64,000 nt of DNA from Takakia lepidozioides (Eukaryota; Plantae; Bryophyta): NCBI GenBank assembly GCA_030704615.1, contig CM060732.1, positions 40,114,001 through 40,178,000 on the forward strand, given 5' to 3'. Each line of letters starts with the position of its first letter. The first letter of the stretch is position 1. The translations under genes were made by a program, and so were the position numbers. The notes under the pieces are model-generated. The model worked only from the letters and a program-made list of their open reading frames with translations, was not told where the DNA came from and did no database searches. Positions 48,360 to 58,638 of the stretch are shown here, piece after piece.

Positions 48360-48860
48360 GTCAGCACAGGCCGTCCACACGTCAACACGGGCCACCACAG
48401 ACCAACACAGGCCCACACAGATCACTGGTTACAGCCGTCACAGCCCCACACAGGCCACAACCTGTCACAGCCCTACACAGGTCACAGGATCACAGCCCCA
48501 CAGGCCACAGCCTATCACAACCCGTCACAGCCCCAAAGGCCACATGTCACAGCCTGTCACAGCCCCCAAGGCCACATGTCACAGCCTGTCACAGCCTGTC
48601 ACAGCCCATCACAGCCCATCACAACCCCAAAGGCCACAGGCACAGCCTGTCACAGCCCTACAAAGGTCACAAGGTCACAGCCCTACACAGGTCAGAGGGG
48701 TCACAGCCCCAAAGACCATAGCCTGTCACAGCCCCTCACAGCCCATCACAGCCCGTCACAGCCCCACATGCCACCTATCACAGCCCATCACAACCCTACA
48801 CAGGTCACAAGATCACGGCCCTACATGCCACCGCCCGTCACAGCCCCATCCATGGCCACT
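48360..48860 (+). repeat. ~10-bp tandem repeat (TCACAGCC(C/T)G) in the retrotransposon 5' leader
   Basis: Roughly 20 CACAGCC cores plus many degenerate variants. Confidence 0.9.
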
Positions 48861-49339
48861 CATGGCAGTTTAGCCATTTCTCCAAGAGGTGTAGATATGC
48901 CAAGCTAGGGTTTGTGTCTCTTGGACTCTAGGCTTCTTTGCACCGAGCTATGGCGGCTGTGAAGAAATTAGCAAGGTATTCTTGCTCTTTCGGCTCCCAC
49001 ACACCACCAATAGTAGCCCTAAGCCATGAGGAAGATGGTTGCCACAAACCAATCATTCTTTCTCACTTAGACTCCCCAAACACGCCACTAAACTCAATGA
49101 CAAACAACCAAGCCTTACTGGTTTCCAGCCCTTGTGAGCACTCATTCAAGCGTTTTCCTTGGCCATAGCATTTGTCTTAGAGCCTATTCCAGCCCCCTAC
49201 ACCTGCCACTTCAAGAGCCATGCTCTATCTAGGCTTGAGGTTGAAACCCCAACTCAGAACACGCTCTATAAGTGTCGAACTGTCACATAAAAGCAGATCA
49301 GCCCCTTACCTTCTCTTTTAGTTCTCTAAAGCTTGAAAA

Positions 49340-49600
49340 CAAAAGCCCAATGGACTGAAGGCATGCTCCACACATGCCCCACTCTCACCACAAGAGAATC
49401 AACCCCTTTGCTTCCCTTGCACCCACCAACCTGAAAATACAAGCTTCAGCGGGCTGGAAGCATGCTCCACACATGCCCTACAGGGAAACCAGCCTCTTCC
49501 TTTCTTTCTTGCCCCAAACCTGAAAGTACAAGTCTTCAACAGGCTGAAAGCATGCTCCACACATGCATTGCCCTCACATAAGGGAAGTCAGCCCTTCCCT
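49340..49600 (+). repeat. Three ~95-bp tandem units (GCATGCTCCACACATGC)
   Basis: Core at ~49360, ~49460 and ~49550. Confidence 0.8.
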
Positions 49601-49709
49601 CTTCCTATATTAAAATCTGCAACGTTATTATTATGTAATGCAAAGATTGAATTTTGCAACATAATAATTAATTTCTTTTTTAGTGGTAATTTTTTTTTAA
49701 ATTTTATTA

Positions 49710-49926
49710 TTTATACCCGGGTTGATGACCGGCTGGTATTAGATTGGAATATCCATCCTATTGATACTTGTCCGCAAATAAAAAATCATACTACTATTGA
49801 GAACCAGCGAGTATTAAAATTAAGGGAATCTTTCAATACTATGGAACCGGCTGGTATTGCAAATTAATTTCTTTTCAATACCCGGACCCGGCTGGTATTA
49901 CAAAAGGTAATACCCGCCCAACACTG
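49710..49926 (-). mobile_element. hAT-like terminus (CAGTGTTGGGCGGGTATT) with CCGGCTGGTATT subterminal repeats
   Basis: Three CCGGCTGGTATT copies and a CAGTG end on the minus strand; partner terminus not found. Confidence 0.5.
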
Positions 49927-51380
49927 GTCTAGACCATCTCTTTATCTTCACCACCGTTATATATGTACACTGTTCAACTGTCGACATCTAGCTACGCACA
50001 TCCAAGTCAGAGAGATGGTAAAGATGCATGCAAATATGGAGAGGGACAGGGGGGGGCCCCATAGAGAGAGATTTGAAACAAGCTCACACAATTAAGCACA
50101 GACCATCATACCTGGTCAATGTTGTCATATCTCAACACCCTCCCATTCAGTGGGAACATTATGGCGTTGCAAAAGGTGAATGACACGACGAGGATTACTG
50201 ACATATTTTCCCAAACACCTCCAAGAAAGTCGATGAGTCCTTATGGTTGCTTTGTACCGGCATGTCTCGGCAGAAATGGGATGTAACCTACTCTTGTAGA
50301 CTTTTCCAATATGAGCCTATCCATGCGTGTGTATTCCCTATGTATTCTTCTCTCGTGTATTCTGCTTCTTCTTTATCCCATGGCCCTTGTATGGGGCAAT
50401 GAGCTTCTCTCTTTCTTCTGAGGACCCAAAGTGTGTAGCAGTCTACCTGCATGAAGTCTTCGGGCATTCCTGGATGTACGCCAACTGACACAGGAGGATT
50501 GCAACCACAAACACAAATAGGAAACCTCTAATGCGGCCTTTGTTGTGTTAACAATCAAAAGAGAGGCTCAAAGAAGCACTAACAGAGGATCGAACACTAG
50601 TGGCGTTGGCAAATTAGTGCCTCATTCACCAAAGTCTACATCCCTATCTTGCAAGCTGCTGTAGACGAGTATGTAGTGGTGTGGAACCTTCACCGCATTC
50701 GCAAGATCAATGAAAATGGTCGATATCGACCTTCGCACGTGCCTGCTCGATACTTTAGGGAGTATGAACGGTTGCATGGGTAAGTGCAGGGATCACCCTA
50801 TCTTCAATCCCTATCATATGTGGGAGGCAGCTAGTGATAAACATACCTTCTTTGCGTGAGCTACAGATCACATGCTCGTCCTAGGGTTTTCTTACCACGG
50901 ATCTCATCACTCATGCCTATTTGTGCTTTCTTACTATGCTTGTTTTGAATTCCGGAGACGTGTCGTATCGATGGTTGAACAAGTCCTTGGATCTGACTGG
51001 AGATTTCTTCTGCTACAATGATCAGTATTGCTTGTCGGTTCTAGGTACAACATCTCCTATAATTTGATCTGCAACATTTATAGTACCCTCTGCCATGGAT
51101 TGGATGCACTGGGATATTGTGTCGGTTATTCTCTTGGACCAGCGGGACCAAACTCAATGATCTATCATCCTGTGGTTTCGTTCGACATTGTTTCTTCCAT
51201 CCATCTAAAGTACGTTTGATGTTCAAGGTGTTCCCGGCACGTACAACATTTACTTCGTTTTGTATATTGGGATGAACGACGTTCCCAGCTAATTTTTAAT
51301 GTCTTAGACTACACTAATCGCATTTGCTTGGTGAATGATCTATATATAGCTGTGGTGAAGATAAAGAGATGGTCTAGACC
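49926..51380. mobile_element. Non-autonomous TIR element carrying a copy of local sequence
   Basis: GGTCTAGACCATCTCTTTATCTTCACCAC(C/A)G(T/C)TATATAT at 49926-49964 and inverted at 51342-51380. Internal 50037-50540 matches 26331-26846 and 27492-27536. Confidence 0.7.
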
Positions 51381-51667
51381 GTCACGGGTGATCGTGGCTT
51401 ATAAATACTACAGATAATTAAGCTGTTGTATTGCATGCTCGAAGTGAATGCAATGATATAGGATCTAGATACAAGTTTATCAAGAATCTTGAAGAGGCCG
51501 ACGCATACATCCCTCAACAACAACAAAAATGATATTGTCCTAGAAAACCTCAATTATATGTGTACTTCTAATTACATGATCTACATATTCAAAGAAGTTT
51601 CTTTAAGCATGGATATACTAGCTACGAATAAGATTTGGAGTCAGCTACCACATGTTTATATAAACTA

Positions 51668-51742
51668 TATGAATTCATGAATAAGTATGAATTCATGAAT
51701 AAGTATGAATTCATGAATAAGTATGAATTCATGAATAAGTAT
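51668..51742 (+). repeat. 18-bp tandem repeat TATGAATTCATGAATAAG x4
   Basis: Directly visible. Confidence 0.9.
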
Positions 51743-54109
51743 AAATTTCTAGTGTCATTCACATGACTTGCTGAATCCCAAATTAGCTTGTTTGAGATCT
51801 ATGAACTTACCGGCTAGTTTAATTTGTGATAGCCATTAAGTTACTACTCAGGCTTTAGAAGTGTTCTCTACATTAGAGAGGCAAAAACCCCACAAGTTTA
51901 TACCTGTATAAGGTCACAAGGGACAGTATGTGCATATGTAGGCTATGGCTTCCTAAATAGAACGGTACAGGGACAGAGCCAAGGGCGCTTGTTGCAGTTC
52001 GCAGTCACACCGAATCAGGCTGATTGATCTTCCCAATCGAAAAAGCATTGTCTCTCATGGTGGTAAAGGTAGGAGTGAGTTCAACTGTTGCAGTTCGAAG
52101 GACAAGAACCCTACTTGCTCTGTCCCGCCATTGTTGATTACCACGCGGTCCCAAATCTTAGGTACCTATGGTAGAGGGATCTTCATCTCCATGAGGGTCC
52201 TCCATAAGATGATCCCTCCACCTGCATGTAAAGAGTAAACATGTAAACATTACCAACATGTACATAATGTAATTCAAATCAAACTTCAAAATACTGGATG
52301 TTCTTCAAATAATTAGTTGCTATTCTATCAGCTTCCGCCATAGGCTCGTCGGCCGCGTCCCTTTTGTCCAACGGTCAAACGCAACAGTTATTTGTATTTA
52401 CCCGATGTATCCTTCACATACCCCCATGTCAATAACAAGGAATGGCCACTTTTTCAAAATAACATGTTATTTTTATTTATTGTGTAATTGTTTTTGTTTA
52501 TCTAGAACAAAGGGGAAAGCTTTCTTATGATTTATTTTCTTGGAACCAGCCTTCAGTGACCCAGGGGCCAATGATTTGTTTTTATGAATTAGTTTTGTTG
52601 GTCTTCATAAACATGTTTGTCTTCATGTCGTTTTGCAGATCTCTTACTATACAACCCACTATTTAAGGTCAAATTAAAATAGTTAGCTGCAAGCGTATGA
52701 AACCTCAAGTGTGTTCTCGATCAGCTGTTATGCAACCTCATTATATCTAGTTGATTACTGATTTAAGTGAGTTACAACTTTGTCTGGTTGATTTTGCGAT
52801 ACCAGTTGGTAACATTGTATTCGTTGGCTTGTCCACTTTTATTGTAGGGGAATCAAGATGATGCATGTAGGAGGCCGTAGCTGAATGGTAAAATTGATAT
52901 TTGTTTGTGCCGAATATGGCTGATTTTATTTTATTCTTAATTGCAATAGATGGCTGATGATAGTTTTGAGTTTACATCAACATCCTACTAACTTGGTGCG
53001 AAGAGTTTTGTCAGCACTGGCGTGAAACAATGTAAGTTTCAAGTCTTTCAATATACAAAGGTCTTTCATCCATATATCAAACATTCATCTATATAATTAT
53101 CAAAATTGAGAAACATCTATAAAAGTAGATCATAATGCACCCATGAATTCCAACCATCTTTTATTTTATATATGGCATGTTTGGTTTCCATCCTTTTTGT
53201 GGAACAACATTTGGGATATCCTTCATCCACTTATCATACTCTTCATCCACTTATCATACTCTTCATCAGTAAAAAGTCTCCATTTAATTCCAGCTTGCGT
53301 CCCATATCGTTCGATTGACCCGGGTTCATTTCTACAATGATTTCTGAGTCAGTCACATCAACATTAAGCTCTGAGTGAAAACGACGTCCATCATCTGGTA
53401 CGTATTAGCTTTAAGATCTCAAAACAACTAAATTCAGTGGCATTTAATGAGTATAACAAGATGTTTGGGGTAATGTAAGTAAACCACATGAAACTCAATG
53501 TAGGCTAGAGAGCTGAATAGAAACAATTGAACAATCTCCTCATAACATCTTTGGCATCAATATTCCTCTCCATTGCTTCTCTCATACCCTAGTTCCACGG
53601 ATTCATACCATTCCCTAAACCCAAAATGCACACAAGTCCTGGTAGCGCCAACATCGGTAGACGCCACACATTACCTCTTAGCCATGGGCTGGTGCATTTT
53701 CGTGCTTATAGGGCATATTGGGGGCACCTGGTTCTAACAGCCTGGTATTGCCATATGACATACCATTAGGATCCGGTCTTTGATAACCGTGTATAGAACC
53801 AGGCTGGTTTATACCAATGTTGTGTGGGTCCGGGTTTGACCCCACTCGATGGGTTAGGGTCCGGGTTACCGTACCTGGACCCGTGTCATCAGTGCCAGAA
53901 ACCCGAACCTTGACCCGGGTTCATTTCTACAATGGACTCGAAACCAGACCCGCCTCATAGGTCCAGAACCCGTTATACCCACTACCCGCAGGTCAGTGTA
54001 GCGGGTTCGGGTCTGGGTTTTTTTCCTAAATAAAAGTGGATTAAGGCCAAGTCAAATCAAATTAAAGAGGAACATGGAAAAAATATTCTTGTGGGGGCCA
54101 TGAAGGTCA

Positions 54110-54350
54110 GGAGGGGACCTATTATTGGACCAGGTAAAGCGAAGAGAGCCACGCCCATGAAGCAGAAAAGTGTCAGAAAACCCCACGGCGAAACAGAGTC
54201 TATCCCAAGCCGCTAAGTGCTCACCTAAGAAAAAAGGTTGAGCAGAGGAATCAAGCCTATCATCAGAGCAATCCACCATGTTAAAGTCACCAGCAAGCAC
54301 CCAGTTTACGAGAATATTAGAGTGCAGAAAGGACCAAAAATCTATACGTT
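54110..54350 (-). mobile_element. L1-type LINE APE endonuclease fragment
   Basis: R..FW..L...WVLAGDFNMV...DR...FTWSN. Confidence 0.85.
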
Positions 54351-54484
54351 TAGACACCGAGGTATATCCTAAGGTATATCAAGGATGTGAGTCTCTGAGG
54401 AGGTTTGTCATCCACTGCCTGCGCCACAGTGAGTAGCCAATGGATGTGAAATGTTGACAGTAGACGACAAACGTGACTAGCGGA

Positions 54485-54870
54485 TGAACGGCCCGTTTCG
54501 TCCACCATCGGAGAACGAAAGGATCCGACGGCCAGGCCGGACTGTCGCGCCGCGAAAGCATCGGAGTCGTGCAATTCAAATGGTACTGGTCACCAACGGT
54601 CCCACACGCTCCATTGGTCGACACCTCAAACTACCACGGAAATCACCGTTACCACTAATGGAAATCAGGCACGTGGCATAAATGGTGGTTCCGGAGGGTG
54701 CGCAGACCCGTTGCGAGAACCGCGCCCTTTGCTGCCCTGTCCCCGACGGCCCCGCTGGCAGACCGGGCCACCAGGTCGTCCGGTCGTGTACTTGTTGACA
54801 GTCCGGTCGCCGGGCTGTGGCCCTGCGTGAGAACCGGGAGGTCCCGTCACCCCGTACTACCGTTGGGGAT
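54485..54870. promoter_or_regulatory. Cluster of MSA-like (AACGG) elements upstream of UBC19/20
   Basis: AACGG/CCGTT cores at ~54487, ~54493, ~54595 (CCAACGGTC), ~54646, ~54708 and ~54860 in a GC-rich upstream region. Confidence 0.5.
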
Positions 54871-55383
54871 TTCTGGACCGGGTTTGGCCGGTCGTCACTG
54901 GGTGACCGGCTTTTGCAGGTGGGAGTCTGGCTCCTTTGCTATCTGTGCGCGTGCTTGGGTGCGCAAGCGTCAATCTCCGCCTCGCGCTTCGCAAGACCAT
55001 CTCTCTCTCTCTCGTTCCAGGTCGGAATCTTTGCAAGGGTTTATCGTTCGATCTTGGGGTTTCTCGTGCTCCCTGTCTTTTGTTTCTCGCTGTTTGGTTG
55101 TGTTCTGTAACATTCTGCTTCACTAGTGCCGAAGTCTGGTGGTTTGGGAGTTCCATCTCTTGACTCTGGTGCCTGGAGGAGCTTTGGCATCCTTGCCTAG
55201 GGGAGAAGGGAACGGCAGAGGGAAGTGGAGTTGTTGGACTGCCTTCCCCTTTTCTTTATTTTCCCCTCGGCTCTCTTAAGTCGGTGGGTGCGATTGTAGT
55301 GGCAGATGTCCTTTCGCCTGATATCACAGAGGGAAGATTTTCTTGGCTTAGTCACAGAGCCTCGAGAAAAAACCTTGGCAAAG

Positions 55384-57380
55384 ATGAATGTAAATGGGGG
55401 TACAGATGCTCAGCAGCAGTACACCAACACCATGATTCCGCCGCCTACCAATGGGAAGCAGCCGAAGACGGTTTCACAGCCTGTCGACAGCCACTCCGTC
55501 TCCCGCAGGTGTGTGTTCTCTCGGGCGTCTTCTTTGTTTCAGCCACTTGACATTGTTCGGAATCGTTACTGAACTAGTAGGTTTGCTCTGTCTCTGAAGT
55601 GTTTTGTGGAGCTGCTGCATTTGTTCGGTCTTGAAGATATCGATCAGCGTTGCCATGGGTCGAGCAGGTGCCATGTCAGTTTGGGCCCAGTTTGACCCCA
55701 CGGTAACCGGGAAGCTGTTGTCGGTCACAGTGGGCACGAGCTTAGGGTATTTGTACCAAGTGACACGGAAGGAAAACTTGGCTTGCTGCAAGTGGTGTTA
55801 GACCATGTTCCACAGTAGGAGAGATGAGATTATGGCAGCGGACGGTGGTCATGTTTGACGGCCAGCTTCTCCTGATCCTTTCAGGTGGCGAGTTCTTCCA
55901 GAACTGTTTGTTCTGACTGGCCTCCTGTATGATAACAAAGATCAGTAGAGCAGGTAGACGCATTAAACACATGCCCACTGTTGGTGTCTGGTAGACCAGG
56001 GACTGAAGGGAAGCTTTGAGTGAATGATGGATGTTGGCTATCAAGGTGAGCATGTATGCAAGGACGTCAATGAAAAGGGTTTTTTCTATGTCATTTGTGT
56101 GCAGGTTGCAATCCGAGTTGATGTCTCTCATGGTACGCTTCTATCTACCGACTTCTGTGGGATTGTAATTGGATCCATACATGTAGACTTGTAGGAAGCG
56201 TATGAGTAAGTCAAGGGTGGTGAGCCCGGGCAAGTTTTTAAGCAGGCTTGATCATTGATTGCCCCAATAACAAGGAGGAGTTTGTATGGATAGTTAACTA
56301 CAAGAATAAGTGTGTCCTTGTTTTGGGGAAGCATACATCCGAATAATGAATCATGAGACATGGTACTATTGGGTGGAAACTTGTGGTTCTTATTGTCATC
56401 AGCTTGGCTGTGGTGATTTAGTCTACAGCAAAAACTACCCATCACATTGAAAATACTTGTGAGTTAGGAAGGGCAAGTAGAAACAACATATTTCCAGAAA
56501 TAGAGGTGTTGCTCTGATGCAGACTATGCTCTTTCCGGTCCTTGCAGACATGTGGAGACCCTGGCATATCAGCATTTCCAGAAGGTGACAACATATTTGC
56601 TTGGATTGGCACTATTAATGGCAGCAGTGGCACTGTTTATGAAGGTCTAGCGTACAAACTGACGTTGCGCTTCCCTACCGACTATCCGTTCAAGCCCCCT
56701 CTTGTGAAATTTGACACCCTCTGCTTTCATCCTAATGTTGACCAATATGGGAATATCTGCCTCGACATTTTGCAGGTCCTATCTCCCTACATGCTTTGTG
56801 AATGTAGTCAGGGAGGACTCTATTTCTCTGCAATAATAGGAAACAACTGATGGTGTAAATTTTAAATAGTTTGTGAATTTTCTTGTGCAGGACAAGTGGT
56901 CATCTGCCTACGATGTTCGCACGATTTTGCTCTCCATTCAAAGCCTACTGGGTGGTATGTACATGATGTCATGCCTGTGATTCTTTAGAACATTTTCTTA
57001 ATGGGTTGCTAGCAAGCACTACGAAGGTTATAAACTTACCACTTGTGTTTCGCAATGTTTGTGGATCCTAGCACAACTAAGCAGTCCTGTAAAGATGTCT
57101 CTTTGCGGGTTCCTGGAAAGTACTGCAAGTTGACCACTTGAACTTTGGATTGTATGTGGATCCAGAACCCAACAATGATAGCCCTCTGAACAGCTACGCA
57201 GCTGCCTTGTGGAGCAACCAAGAAGGTACATATGCACTCTTCTTTGTGAGTCAATTGCGCTGAACACTAAAGGTCATTGTTAATGCACAGAATTTGACAC
57301 AGTTTTCCTGTCCTGTTGTAGATTACAAAAAGGTGATGCGGAAGCAATACAGGGATGCAGGTGGTGCGATGGCTTGCTGA
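55384..57380 (+). CDS. UBC19/20: Ubiquitin-conjugating enzyme E2-C (UBC19/UBC20, APC/C E2)
   Basis: Exons 55384-55508, 56105-56132, 56548-56775, 56891-56954, 57166-57225, 57322-57380. [72 protein letters not shown]. Confidence 0.95.
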
Positions 57381-58638
57381 CCTAGACTAGAATCTGCAAT
57401 TTAAATTCGGGAAAATCAATGGGCTAAATAGGTAGGGTATAGCATAGCTATAGCGCAGCAGCTAGAGCTGCTGGTGTGTTGGATACAGACGTATATATCT
57501 TTTGTTCATACACTGGGAAGGCAACATGGGCTTGCTTTTAAAGAGGTGCTTTTGGAGATGAGATGTGCAGTGAAAAAGCAACTGGCACTACTCTCTTGTA
57601 GGGCTTTTGGCCTGCTTTATACCTGAAATCTGGCTGTACTATTGGGTGAAGTGAGAGAGTGATTGGCAACCAGCAATGGCTAGGTTAAGTCTGGACCTGT
57701 GGTGCTGTGCATCAGTAGTTTGCCTAGTTTGTTGTTTATGTTATCCCAACATATTTGAAAGAGATGCAATTCTGACGTGGTCTTGTTTATTCTTTGCTCA
57801 AATGTTGGTTAGTCCTGTTTCTCCAGACAGCCACTGGAGCATGCGAATCATAACTGTGTCAGTTTTGTTCTCTGGATTGTCATGGTTTGTAAACCAGCTT
57901 GCAGAATGGTTGCTTGACTACTATGTCAATTGCTGGGTGGTAAAACTTAATATCTTTCCTATGCCTGCCCAAAAATGTAGAGTATCTCATGGTTGCTAGT
58001 ATCTCCACATCTGTGTGATTGAATCTATAAGATTTCCATAGGACAGTTATTGCTTAGGATAGTTATTCACTCACATTTATGCATGTCAATTTGGATGAAA
58101 GGTGCGGATCAAAGTCCAGTTTTTAGGGACAGGGTGACACATTTGAGAAATACATTGTACAGCTTATGAGATCTAATCATGAACATGAACACGGACTTTC
58201 CTAGGTTTGAGATCTGTGGTCTGAGAGGGTTGTCCTTGAAAATCCAGGAAAGTTCAAGGATAAGAACTTCACTTGTTGCAAAGCAAGCTCAAAAGGGGAT
58301 GAGGGACATAAGCCTGGTCATGTCCCTATATGTATGAAGGAAACGTTTTTACAAGTACCTACACTTTCTCACAGAAGATTCATCTGGAGAACCTCAAAAG
58401 TGCTACAAATAAAAAACTACTGATTGCATGTGCTTGCAATGGATCCATTTAAGCTGCTGGAGTGTGACACGTGCCTGTTGAGAATCGTAAATGAACTTTC
58501 CACTTTGTTTTTCCATTCCTCAAACTGAAACTCCCCACTCTGAAAAACACATGAGATTAGGGGCTTTTTAGACAGACTAGAATTCTTTTACCTTCAAATT
58601 GGGTGCCCTACTAATAAAATGTAATGATAGTGCAAAAA

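Larger units (their letters stand above)
38651..49277 (-). mobile_element. Ty3/gypsy LTR retrotransposon: gag-PR-[C5 DNA methyltransferase]-RT-RNaseH-IN-PHD, decayed
   Basis: Minus-strand order: gag with Zn knuckle, VLLDSGAQ protease, DNMT motifs, RT (RMCGDYR, STLDLRSGYHQ, YIDDIIIFS), RNase H (LHTDWS, TDHQP), integrase, PHD. LTR-like TGTC...GACA at 38651-39127 and PPT-like AGGGGGGC near 39322-39329. The 5' LTR is absent apart from a possible TGTCG remnant at 49273. Confidence 0.92.

Noticed and set aside
48197-48908. Long + strand ORFs rich in S/Q/P/H/T
   Set aside because: Products of the CACAGCC tandem repeat, open in all three frames.
53730-54020. ACCCG/CGGGT-rich block resembling a hAT MITE
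   Set aside because: Only subterminal-like motifs are seen; no defined TIRs or TSD.
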